In this document: in pieces, positions 19,977 through 29,686 of the stretch
Layout of the letters: every line of letters starts with the position of its first letter
Position numbering within the stretch: position 1 is the stretch's first letter
Origin: Promethearchaeati archaeon
GTDB taxonomy: Archaea > Asgardarchaeota > Heimdallarchaeia > JABLTI01
Reading direction: 5' to 3'
Assembly: GCA_013166835.1 (NCBI GenBank)
Contig: JABLTI010000015.1
Span: forward strand, 15,149-79,148
Length of the DNA: 64,000 nt
Position numbers and translations under genes: made by a program
The notes under the pieces: model-generated
What the model saw: only the letters and a program-made list of their open reading frames with translations
Database searches by the model: none
Told to the model about the DNA's origin: nothing

Positions 19977-21623
19977 CTATTTCTTCTTCTTTCTATATAC
20001 GAAACCAGCTACTGCTACAGCAAATAATGATGGAATAGCTATTATCCATGTAAAGCCAGGGAAGATGCCACCTTGTATAAGCTCGGGGGGATTATAGAGA
20101 GGATTTCGTAATTTGAAGTCGACGTGTATCTCTAAAGCACCTGTTCCTGATGCTGGGGATGCAGAATCATAATATTCTAGTTCAACATCAGCTCTGACTG
20201 CAATTGCTGCTGGGATTCCTTCTTCGGTATAACAAACATATCCTTCTTCATTTACGGTTATTCTTGATCCATCATCATAAACCATCTGAGGATCGACACC
20301 GTCTAATAATGATATAGTGAAAGATGAAGAATAATCGTAATTATCTTCAACATCGTAAGTAAGTGCTTGTTGCAAGTAGTAGAAATCTCTTTTCTGCACG
20401 AAATCAAAACTACCTCCAAGCGCATGATAAGTCATAGCATCAGTTGGAACTGAAAACAACTCAAGTATGTCAACAACATAAACACCAAGCATTGTATCAT
20501 AGAGATTCATGTGACCTTCATAAATTTCCCAATCAGGGGTTACGAACGGAGCAAAATATGGGAAGTATGTATATGGTGATATTTCTGGCATTAGTGCTTC
20601 TGGAGAGGATGCTGCAACATAATAAAATGGCTGATTTGAAGTTAGAATTACTCCTAAGAATCCATTATAGACTATGTCTTCTGCAATTTTTTCCAATTGT
20701 TCAGTTTCAAAGTTATACATGTATACACTGCAGGAATAGTATAAACCAATGACTTCATCAATGATGAGTTTTTGGAAAATTTTTCCTTCGAGGGCAGCCA
20801 TATCATCTAGAAAACTGTTAAGACTTGTTTGGTTGATAGATGTATACAAGTCCCCTGTACCAGTTACTTCAATATTAGCAATATCCGCTTCAAACTCAAC
20901 AAAGTCACCTACTGTAACAGGCAATGGTTTGTACTCTACTCTATCAAGTGAAAGTTCAATTGTTGTATCAGTGAGATTCATACCCATAAAGTAGATATCA
21001 TCAAATAATACGTGAGTACAAACACCATCTGATTTTCTCCAAGCGGCATTGATTAAACCAGTTCCATTGGTAACGGAAATTGAAAAAGTACTTGCTTCAT
21101 TTGTAACTGTAAATCCAATTGCTTCCAACATTAATTCGTGAGTTGTCCATGCATCATTTACCACAAAAACCATTGGGGGGGCGCTAGTTCCATTAAAGTG
21201 TGGTACACCTCTTACTCCTGCAGCAGGAGTTGCTGCGCCTGCAGGAATGATAAAATCAGTAGCTAATAATCCTTCTCCAACGGTAAAGGTTTCTTCTTCA
21301 CCGAAAAGCAATCCAACTGCATAGAAAATCATTGTCCCTGTTGTATCTGGGAAAACATAATTTTCAAAAACAGCTTCGATTTTTAGAAAGATTTGATTAC
21401 CAGCAAAATCTGGTAATGTAACACCTGGAGTATCGAATCCTGGAGGAAATACAAGTTGGTCAATATCATAATAAATAGTATCGCCAGCTTGCACACCGAC
21501 ATCTGCATCCCAATAATTCGCAGAAACAGTAGTGTTATCATAAACTGTCATACAGAAAACTGAAATTACTGGGGTTAATGTTAACATAACAACTAAGAGT
21601 ATTATGTATTTTTTCACTCTCAA
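19977..21623 (-). CDS. Secreted acidic surface glycoprotein with PGF-type C-terminal anchor (tandem paralogue)
   Basis: Signal peptide; shared blocks GDTIYYDIDQL, IIPAGAATP, WRKSDGVCTH, RNPLYNPPE; ends PGF-TM-KKKK. Confidence 0.82.
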   Translation of the reverse strand: MRVKKYIILLVVMLTLTPVISVFCMTVYDNTTVSANYWDADVGVQAGDTIYYDIDQLVFPPGFDTPGVTLPDFAGNQIFLKIEAVFENYVFPDTTGTMIFYAVGLLFGEEETFTVGEGLLATDFIIPAGAATPAAGVRGVPHFNGTSAPPMVFVVNDAWTTHELMLEAIGFTVTNEASTFSISVTNGTGLINAAWRKSDGVCTHVLFDDIYFMGMNLTDTTIELSLDRVEYKPLPVTVGDFVEFEADIANIEVTGTGDLYTSINQTSLNSFLDDMAALEGKIFQKLIIDEVIGLYYSCSVYMYNFETEQLEKIAEDIVYNGFLGVILTSNQPFYYVAASSPEALMPEISPYTYFPYFAPFVTPDWEIYEGHMNLYDTMLGVYVVDILELFSVPTDAMTYHALGGSFDFVQKRDFYYLQQALTYDVEDNYDYSSSFTISLLDGVDPQMVYDDGSRITVNEEGYVCYTEEGIPAAIAVRADVELEYYDSASPASGTGALEIHVDFKLRNPLYNPPELIQGGIFPGFTWIIAIPSLFAVAVAGFVYRKKKK

Positions 21624-21842
21624 AATTGTTCACCTTTGATTTATTCTAAACTATACCAAGAATTCTTGACATGTTTATAGCTAATAATTTGCATCCAACA
21701 TTAATAAAGGGTTGCTCCTTTGACGTAAAGGACTTGAAGAAACAGAAAAATGACTTCATTATCATTCCATACTCCTTCTATTTGAAGCATTAAAGCTACT
21801 AATCTGTAAATACTAATAAAGAAAGAGATGTAATGTAGAAAT

Positions 21843-22250
21843 ATGCCAAAGAAACTAACTATTAGACATCTAGAGAGATGTGTTGGATGTCTATGTTGTG
21901 TGATGGCTTGTGCTCGAGAGAGATTCAATACTCTATCTATAGATCAATCTGCCATTAGAGTAAAGGCCGCAGGTCAAACAGCGTATTATGCAGTAGTAGT
22001 TTGTAGAGGGTGTAAAGATCCAGTTTGTTTACGAGCTTGCCCTACAAATGCTCTCCGGAAAAGAAAAGGAGGAGGAGTAATTCTAGATCCATCAAAATGT
22101 GATGCTTGTGGGAGTTGCGAAAAAGCATGTATGATCGGAGCAATTAGGTTAGATCAAAAACAAGGTATACCAATAGTTTGTATTCATTGTGGAAAATGCG
22201 TTCCTTTCTGTCCACATGGAATCTTAGAAATGGAGGAAGTTGAAGGATGA
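21843..22250 (+). CDS. 4Fe-4S multicluster ferredoxin subunit (AOR partner)
   Basis: CVGCLCCVMAC, CRGC..C..CP, CDACGSCEKAC, CIHCGKCVPFCP; overlaps the AOR start (ATGA). Confidence 0.92.
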   Translation: MPKKLTIRHLERCVGCLCCVMACARERFNTLSIDQSAIRVKAAGQTAYYAVVVCRGCKDPVCLRACPTNALRKRKGGGVILDPSKCDACGSCEKACMIGAIRLDQKQGIPIVCIHCGKCVPFCPHGILEMEEVEG

Positions 22251-23995
22251 AGATCATTGATATTGATTTAACTAAAAGGAAAGTTAAAGCTACAGATGAC
22301 GAAAAGCTCGTTAAATACTTGGGTGGAGTTATCTTAGCAACAGAGATCTTTACTAAGAATTGTCCGCCTACAATAGACCCATTATCCAAGGAGAATATTA
22401 TAGTAATAGCTAATGGCCCATTAACTGCTGCTTTTCCAACTGCATCTAAGGCAGTAGCAATGTTCAAATCACCATTAAATAATGAGTTGGGTGAAAGCTA
22501 TGCAGGGGGAAGAATGGCCTCAGCTTTAAGGTTTGCAGGATATGATGCTCTTATTATTAGAGGAAAAGCAACTCATCCTGTGTATATAGCAATCCATGAT
22601 GATAGTATTACTATAAAAAATGCAGAATTATTATGGAATCTTCGAAGTGTATTCGCTGTTGGAAGAATATTAAGAGATGCTGAACCTCAAGGTCCAGGAC
22701 GACGAAGTTTCGTGAGATCAGGACGAGCTGGGGATAGATTAGTAAAGTACGCAAATATCAATGTTGACAATTATCGTCATTTTGGTAGATTGGGTTTAGG
22801 AGCTGTTTTCGGTTCGAAGAACCTAAAAGCACTTGTAGTAGAAGGAACACAAGACTTTGTTTTTCCAGACATGAAGGCTTACAAGAAAGCCTATCGAGAA
22901 ATTTACGATCATCTTAGTAACAGCGACGATATGGATAAATATCATAGACTGGGCACCGCTGCTGGTATAAAAGCAATTAATGCTATGGGAGCACTACCTA
23001 CAAGGAATTTTAGTAGTGGTAAATTTGAGCATGTAGACAAAATTTCTGGAGAATATTTCGCTGATAATTTATTGTTAAGAAAAATCGCTTGTTCACAATG
23101 CCCTGTTGGGTGCATACATGTTGCATATCTTCGAGTACCCTACAAAAAAGAGGAGTACGACGTGGAAACTACTTTTGTTCCCTACGATTATGAGTTAATT
23201 TATGCGTTAGGGTCGAATTTAGGGATTGAATCTGGATCAGATGTATTGCGTTTGATCGAAATTGTTGACAGGAATGGTTTTGATATAATTTCATTGGGGG
23301 GAATTCTGGCATGGGCAACAGATGCATTTCAAGAAGGTTTAATCTCTGTAACTGATACTATGGGTGTTAATTTTGAGTTTGGTGATACTATAAATTATCT
23401 TACTGCAATTAATCTAATTATTAGAAGAGCAAATGATTTCTATTACACTCTCGGAGAAGGGATAGATGCTTGCGTTGAAAAATACGGTGGAGAACAATTT
23501 GCAGTAAGAATAGGTGGGCAAAGCCCCGCAGGTTATATGACAGGACCTGCAAGTATAATTGGACATATGATTGGGCAAAGACATTCACACCTTTGTAATG
23601 CTGGCTATAGTTATGATCAGAAAGCCTTCGGAAAGGAAATGAAACCAACTGAAGTTGTTGATTCATTAATAAAAGAAGAGAAATGGCGTTTAATACTCAA
23701 TTCATTGGTAGTCTGCTTATTTGCTAGAAAGGTTTTCAATATTGAACGAACGTTAAGCAGTTTGAATTCTATTGGTAAAAATTATACTGAAAAATCCTTA
23801 CTCAAACTTGCGGATGATGCATATCAGAAAAAGAATCAATGGAAAAAGGAAGCCGGACAAACATTTTCTATGGATAAACTCGCTGAACGTATATTCAGTT
23901 TTAAAACTCCACACGGGTTCATAAAGAGAGAATTCATTCATGAAGCAATTGAATATTATTCAAAGTTATCTAGTATTCCATTGAACTCTGAATAA
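22247..23995 (+). CDS. aor: Tungsten aldehyde:ferredoxin oxidoreductase family
   Basis: KSPL..ESYAGG, GRLGLGAVFGSKNLKA, LPTRNF, CSQCPVGC, DYEL. Confidence 0.92.
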   Translation: MKIIDIDLTKRKVKATDDEKLVKYLGGVILATEIFTKNCPPTIDPLSKENIIVIANGPLTAAFPTASKAVAMFKSPLNNELGESYAGGRMASALRFAGYDALIIRGKATHPVYIAIHDDSITIKNAELLWNLRSVFAVGRILRDAEPQGPGRRSFVRSGRAGDRLVKYANINVDNYRHFGRLGLGAVFGSKNLKALVVEGTQDFVFPDMKAYKKAYREIYDHLSNSDDMDKYHRLGTAAGIKAINAMGALPTRNFSSGKFEHVDKISGEYFADNLLLRKIACSQCPVGCIHVAYLRVPYKKEEYDVETTFVPYDYELIYALGSNLGIESGSDVLRLIEIVDRNGFDIISLGGILAWATDAFQEGLISVTDTMGVNFEFGDTINYLTAINLIIRRANDFYYTLGEGIDACVEKYGGEQFAVRIGGQSPAGYMTGPASIIGHMIGQRHSHLCNAGYSYDQKAFGKEMKPTEVVDSLIKEEKWRLILNSLVVCLFARKVFNIERTLSSLNSIGKNYTEKSLLKLADDAYQKKNQWKKEAGQTFSMDKLAERIFSFKTPHGFIKREFIHEAIEYYSKLSSIPLNSE

Positions 23996-24032
23996 AAAAG
24001 AAGAGAAAGGATATCCTAAATTTAGGAATTCC
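23864..24032 (+). repeat. Direct repeat copy 1 (AOR 3' end plus terminator)
   Basis: Aligns without gaps to 25981-26149 (offset 2117). Confidence 0.85.
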
Positions 24033-24232
24033 TATAATTTGTATTCATTGTGGAAATCATTTCTAGAAAAAAATCCAGCTTCTGACAATAAATTGCCAGT
24101 AGCAAATACTAATTTGTAAGTAATAAAATATTAAGTAATTTTTCACTTTTTTTACTAGTAGTAATCATAATTTGCTTATTTCCCAAACTAATTTATAATG
24201 AAATTGTACAAGAATCATAGGGGGAAATTATT

Positions 24233-25939
24233 GTGAAGAAAAAGACACAATTAACTTTCATTATAACTGTTCTAACGATAAGTTTGGTTTTTGGATTTAG
24301 TAATTTTCAATTACCAAATGCAATTCTACATCTTCGTTTTGATTATTTATTACTCAATGAACCTAACATGGTTATGCAAGTGTATAATATCACTGCAGGA
24401 AATAATACTCAGATGTGGAGTGACTCTGAGATGTATTATACAATGAGATTTGAGTCAAATATTGATTTGAATATTACTGTAACATCAACAGATGATAATG
24501 ACGTTTATCCTGCACTATTTAGATTAACTATTCATGTAAATGCAATTCCGTATATTGTTGATCAAGATGATTATACATGGGAAGAAACACTCTATTATAG
24601 TGGTGATTATAATTATCTTATTTTCACCTATAATGAAATTACTTCAGTGAATATTCATACTGTATTAAACGAAACAGATAGAGAAGATACTAATTTCTGG
24701 GTTAAAGCAAGATACTTTGATACTTCAAGTTGGTTATATGAGGATTCTTCAACAGAAGAAGAGACTTTTCTTTCATTCCAAGTAATGCCTGGAGAAATTT
24801 GGGAAATATATGTTGAAACAGTCGGTAATCCAACTATTTATCCACTAAATTTTACAATGAATATAGATATTTCAGATAAAACAAGTGTAAATACTAATCC
24901 TGCGGAATTTAGTAGTTTTCTAACTGAAGAGGATAGCTCCCACTTTTATGAAATAGCCATTACTGAAGCTCCAATTAAAATGCGAGTATTTTATGTATCA
25001 AACTATACTCTAAACTTGTATATATTCAATACAACACATGAAATTTTCAACGAATGGGATCCAGGATGGGATTATACTTTCACTGAAAATGGTGATTATT
25101 TACTAAAAGTATCTTGGAATACTCCTATAGCTTTGACAAAGAACAACTATACACTAGAGATTCAAATCGGTGCATTAGAAGTAGATCTCGAACTGGATGA
25201 ACTTTTAATTTTAGAAGATAATTTCTTCTCTACGAGTGATAATATACAATATGATATCAATATACCTGCAGGCCATTATCAATTCAAAATTCTGGAATTA
25301 GGTTCCCGTCATAATTGGGTTCTTAACTTTACACAAGGCTACTCTGATGGTTGGGCTAATTTCTACTATACTGTAACATGGATTCCACCCGTTTTCTTTC
25401 TGAAAACTCATAATTTCAAAGATCCAGTTTACTCAAAACTAGTTGATCAATCTTGTAGTCTAACATTTAATCTGAGCCAACATAGTTCTGCGTTAGATTT
25501 CAAAGTAGGACTTCTTATACAAGAATATATTTTACCTGATGACTATGAGGAAGACATCCTAACAGGTGAATTTCTAAATGAAGCTGATTTTGATATGTAT
25601 AGAGTAAATGTTACAGAAACAAAATTCCTTAATATTTCACTTGATACTTCTTTACCAAATTCCATTGAAAATGTTTCAATACAAATCTATAATAACGAAT
25701 TTGAATCAATTTATTTGTTGGCATTGAATGATTCTTATATAATCGAATTTGAACCACCTGCACCAGGAATCTATTATATTGTAATAAAATCTGATGGATC
25801 CTTAGGTGAATACTATCTATTAGTTAAAGTTCTGGAAGTAACAAAGAAAAGCTCAGGATTCGATTTTGCGATATCCATAATCAGTTTGCTAACAATAGAA
25901 ATTGTCTGTTTAGTTTACTCGAGAAGAAGAAAGAAATGA
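24233..25939 (+). CDS. Secreted beta-rich surface protein with PPC-like domains and C-terminal anchor
   Basis: GTG start, signal peptide, NxT sites, D.D.YRVNV...PGIYYIVI; ends SGF-TM-RRRKK. Confidence 0.75.
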   Translation: MKKKTQLTFIITVLTISLVFGFSNFQLPNAILHLRFDYLLLNEPNMVMQVYNITAGNNTQMWSDSEMYYTMRFESNIDLNITVTSTDDNDVYPALFRLTIHVNAIPYIVDQDDYTWEETLYYSGDYNYLIFTYNEITSVNIHTVLNETDREDTNFWVKARYFDTSSWLYEDSSTEEETFLSFQVMPGEIWEIYVETVGNPTIYPLNFTMNIDISDKTSVNTNPAEFSSFLTEEDSSHFYEIAITEAPIKMRVFYVSNYTLNLYIFNTTHEIFNEWDPGWDYTFTENGDYLLKVSWNTPIALTKNNYTLEIQIGALEVDLELDELLILEDNFFSTSDNIQYDINIPAGHYQFKILELGSRHNWVLNFTQGYSDGWANFYYTVTWIPPVFFLKTHNFKDPVYSKLVDQSCSLTFNLSQHSSALDFKVGLLIQEYILPDDYEEDILTGEFLNEADFDMYRVNVTETKFLNISLDTSLPNSIENVSIQIYNNEFESIYLLALNDSYIIEFEPPAPGIYYIVIKSDGSLGEYYLLVKVLEVTKKSSGFDFAISIISLLTIEIVCLVYSRRRKK

Positions 25940-25980
25940 AGATTTATTCTTCAGCTTCTTCTATACCCTCTTTTTCTTGT

Positions 25981-26149
25981 TTTTCTTTTGATAAACTCAC
26001 TGAATGTCTTTTTAGTTTTAAGACTCGACATGGTTTCACAAAGAAAGAATTCATTCAAGAAGCAATTGAATATTATTCAAAAATCTCAAAGATCCCTATA
26101 ACTTCTGAATAAAAAAGAAGTGAAAGGATATCCTATATTTAGGATTTCC
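25981..26149 (+). pseudogene. Orphan diverged copy of the AOR C-terminus plus terminator (direct repeat copy 2)
   Basis: Translates DKLTECLFSFKTRHGFTKKEFIQEAIEYYSKISKIPITSE*, versus AOR DKLAERIFSFKTPHGFIKREFIHEAIEYYSKLSSIPLNSE*. Confidence 0.85.
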
Positions 26150-26161
26150 CAAATATATTTT

Positions 26162-27061
26162 TCATTTTGTTTTTAACAGCCAGTCCGGATCAAATTTACC
26201 AATATAATCCACTGTTAAAAGTTTCCTGCCAGTAAAGAATGAAGTAAGAGGTCCAGTTTCTTGAACTATTATTTCCTTATTTTCTGGATTGTATTTTTCA
26301 ATGTGTTTGAGTATCTCATCTGCTGCTTCTGGCCATCTGGTATGATTGATAAATAATGTCTTATTGTCTGGATGCATGTTTCGTAAAGCTTCTACTCCAA
26401 GATTCTTCATTTGTTGAATTATTAGATTATCATCTGCTCGGAGTTGTCCATAAATGTGTACTTCGCCATCGACATATCCACAAACTGGTTTAAATTTCAA
26501 AATGTTTGCTAAAAATTTCTTTGTTTTTGAAATTCGTCCTGCTCGGGCAAGATTATCCAGAGTATTCATTATTCCTTTTAAATGTAAATCAGGTAACCAT
26601 TCTTCGACTTTCTTTACAACTTCCTCTTTTGATTTGCCATCAGATGCTAGTCTTGCTGCTTCAAGTGCTATTAATCCTAATGAAGAACAAGTAACTTGGG
26701 AATCATAGACACTGATATCTTTATCTTGTAAGTGTTGCTTAACAACACTTTGAGCTGTCCTGAATGTTCCAGACAGTTTTTCAGAGATAAAAAGACCAAT
26801 GACTGTATCAGCAACTGTTAACGCTTCTTCAAAAGCCTTCAGAAAGACACCTGGACCCGGGATTGCTGTTGTTGGAATTTCTTCGTCAACAAGACTATAG
26901 TATTCATCCCAAGTAATGCCTTTCTCTATTCCCTCAACTTTGTATGTTTTACTTTCAAAATTTATCAAAATTGGCAGAATAGTTATTTTATGTTTTTCAA
27001 CAAACTCTGGTGGAAGATCCGATGAAGCATCTGTAATAATTGCTACTTTTCTTTTATTCAT
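26162..27061 (-). CDS. degV: DegV/FakB fatty-acid-binding protein
   Basis: IITDASSDLP, PTTAIPGPG, ISEKLSGT, LDNLARAGRI. Confidence 0.9.
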   Translation of the reverse strand: MNKRKVAIITDASSDLPPEFVEKHKITILPILINFESKTYKVEGIEKGITWDEYYSLVDEEIPTTAIPGPGVFLKAFEEALTVADTVIGLFISEKLSGTFRTAQSVVKQHLQDKDISVYDSQVTCSSLGLIALEAARLASDGKSKEEVVKKVEEWLPDLHLKGIMNTLDNLARAGRISKTKKFLANILKFKPVCGYVDGEVHIYGQLRADDNLIIQQMKNLGVEALRNMHPDNKTLFINHTRWPEAADEILKHIEKYNPENKEIIVQETGPLTSFFTGRKLLTVDYIGKFDPDWLLKTK

Positions 27062-27208
27062 AATTATAAATCTCCTGTTATTTAATCACACAATTAGGTG
27101 ATTAGAATTTAAAATAATTATAAGTTTATAACTTTTTTTTACCGACAAATACTTGCTTAATAAAAAAAGAAAAGGAGAAAAGCTCCAAAAAGAGCACAAA
27201 ATTACTTT

Positions 27209-28108
27209 CTATTTTGTATCCATTAGCCAATTTGAATCGAATTTTCCTATGTAACCAAAAGCTAGCAATTTCTTTCCAGTATAGAAAGCATTTATTACAC
27301 CAGTTTCTTGGATGATTATTTCTTTCTTCTCAGGATTTACTGTGTTAAGATAAGCAACTATTTCTTCTGCTGCTTTAGGCCACCGAGAGTGTGCAAGAAA
27401 TAATGTATTGTTATCCTCAACCATGTTTTGTAATGCTTGCTCACCAAATTTCTTCATTTGTTTAATGATTAGGGCATCATCAGCTTTAATATTACCATAC
27501 ACATGTATTTCATCATCAACAAAACCTAAAACTGGTTTGTAATTCAGTATGTTAGCAAAGAATTTCTTAGTTTTTGATAGCCTTCCAGTTCGTACAAGAT
27601 TATCGAGTTGGTTAATGATTCCAGCATAATTTACCTTCTTAATCCAATTTTCAACTTTCTTACAAACATCAGCTTTAGTATGTCCAGCAGCTGCAAGACG
27701 AGCTGCTTCTACGACAACAACTCCAACACCCACACTGTTAACACCAGCGTGATAGATACTAATGTCATTATCTGGCATATGTTGTTTCGCTACCATTGTG
27801 GCAGTATTATATACTCCAGAAAGCTTATTTGAAATGAAAATTCCGATAACTGATTCTGCAATTTCAAGTGCTTTGTTAAAAGTTTTCATAAACACTCCTG
27901 GACCAGGTATTCCTGTTGAAGGAACTTCCTTCTCAGCAATTTTGTAGAATTCATCCCAAGTAAATCCTTTCTCAATACCCTCGGATTTAAAGGATTCTTC
28001 CTCAAAATTCATCAGAATTGGAAGTATTGTGATATTATATTTTTCCTCTAATTTGGGTGGTATATCACCAGAGGCATCAGTTACAATCGCTACTTTTCTT
28101 TTATTCAA
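27209..28108 (-). CDS. degV: DegV/FakB fatty-acid-binding protein (tandem paralogue)
   Basis: IVTDASGDIP, PSTGIPGPG, ISNKLSGVY, LDNLVRTGRL; TTG start. Confidence 0.9.
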   Translation of the reverse strand: MNKRKVAIVTDASGDIPPKLEEKYNITILPILMNFEEESFKSEGIEKGFTWDEFYKIAEKEVPSTGIPGPGVFMKTFNKALEIAESVIGIFISNKLSGVYNTATMVAKQHMPDNDISIYHAGVNSVGVGVVVVEAARLAAAGHTKADVCKKVENWIKKVNYAGIINQLDNLVRTGRLSKTKKFFANILNYKPVLGFVDDEIHVYGNIKADDALIIKQMKKFGEQALQNMVEDNNTLFLAHSRWPKAAEEIVAYLNTVNPEKKEIIIQETGVINAFYTGKKLLAFGYIGKFDSNWLMDTK

Positions 28109-28353
28109 TGTTGGAAATCTCCGTAAAACAATAATTGCTTATTTTTATCGATTAATATGTAAGAAAACTTGCATTTATTTAACTTTTATGTACATGGATT
28201 CATTAATTACTAAGAAATTTGTATTTACAAGATAAATTTGATTTACTTTCATTATAGATAATTTTATTTAAGTTGAATATTTTTCTGTTGGAATATCTTC
28301 ATTAGAATTTAAATTACAGTATTAGAGAGTATTTAACATATGGTGACAATATA

Positions 28354-29655
28354 ATGAATTCATACGAAAAATTAACTCCTCCAACAAATGGTGAAAAAAT
28401 TACAAAAGATAAAGATGGAAACCTTATCGTTCCTGATAAACCTATTATTCCTTATATAGCTGGGGATGGTATTGGACCAGAAGTAGTGGATGCAATGCGA
28501 ACAGTAGTTGATGCTGCTGTAAAAACCGCCTATAAAGGTAAAAAAGAAATTATTTGGTTTGAGATTTACGCGGGAGATAAAGCTCGAGTTATCTATGCTC
28601 CTGACGTTACTGAAAAGCAACTCAAGGATATGGACCTCAAAGATGTTAGAAACCTCTTTCTACCTAAAGATACGTTGAAAGCGATAACTGATTATAGAGT
28701 TGCTATTAAAGGACCTCTCACTACACCTATAGGGGGAGGATTTAGAAGCTTAAACGTAGCAATTAGACAATTACTAGATCTTTATGCTTGTGTTAGACCA
28801 GTTTCTCATATTAAGGGTGTTCCTGCACCAGTAAAAGCACCTGAGAAAGTAAATATGGTTATTTTCAGAGAAAATATAGAAGATGTTTACTCTGGAATAG
28901 AATTTGAACCAGAATCAGAAGACGCAAAGAAATTAATCAAATATATGAATGATGAACTAGGAACCAAGATAATTATGGAATCTGGTATTGGAATAAAACC
29001 AATGTCTTGGGTAAATACTTCGAGATTAGTTAGAAAGGCTATTAGTTATGCTTTAGACAAAGGATATGATTCAGTTACCCTTGTACATAAAGGTAATATA
29101 ATGAAGTTCACTGAAGGCAAGTTCAAGGAGTGGGGTTATAAATTAGCTGCTCAAGAATTTTCTGACACTGTTATTAGTGAAAATGATCTTTGGGCAAAGC
29201 ATGATGGAAAACTACCGAAAGGTAAAATCTTGATTAAAGACAGAATTGCGGATTCAATGTTTCAACAAATTCTACTTAGACCAGATGAATACGGTGTTCT
29301 TGCATTACCAAACCTAAATGGTGACTACATAAGTGATGCTTTAGCAGCTCAAGTTGGTGGCTTAGGTTTTGCTCCTGGAGCAAATATTGGTGATGAAGCT
29401 GCAGTATTTGAAGCAACTCATGGAACTGCACCAAAACATGCTGGTAAAAACAAAGTAAATCCTGGATCAGTTATCTTTTCTGCTGTAATGATGCTTGACT
29501 ATATGGGTTGGACAGAAGCTTGTGATATCATTAACACTGCAATAGAGAAAACTGTTCTGCAAAAGAAAGTTACCTATGATATTGCTAGACAATTGAAAGA
29601 TGTGACACCTTTAGGAACATCCAATTTTGCAGATGCAATAATTGAAAATATGTAA
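28354..29655 (+). CDS. icd: Isocitrate dehydrogenase (NADP, dimeric type)
   Basis: [56 protein letters not shown]. Confidence 0.96.
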   Translation: MNSYEKLTPPTNGEKITKDKDGNLIVPDKPIIPYIAGDGIGPEVVDAMRTVVDAAVKTAYKGKKEIIWFEIYAGDKARVIYAPDVTEKQLKDMDLKDVRNLFLPKDTLKAITDYRVAIKGPLTTPIGGGFRSLNVAIRQLLDLYACVRPVSHIKGVPAPVKAPEKVNMVIFRENIEDVYSGIEFEPESEDAKKLIKYMNDELGTKIIMESGIGIKPMSWVNTSRLVRKAISYALDKGYDSVTLVHKGNIMKFTEGKFKEWGYKLAAQEFSDTVISENDLWAKHDGKLPKGKILIKDRIADSMFQQILLRPDEYGVLALPNLNGDYISDALAAQVGGLGFAPGANIGDEAAVFEATHGTAPKHAGKNKVNPGSVIFSAVMMLDYMGWTEACDIINTAIEKTVLQKKVTYDIARQLKDVTPLGTSNFADAIIENM

Positions 29656-29686
29656 AAAAAATCACTACAATCGAAGGTCCTTGATT

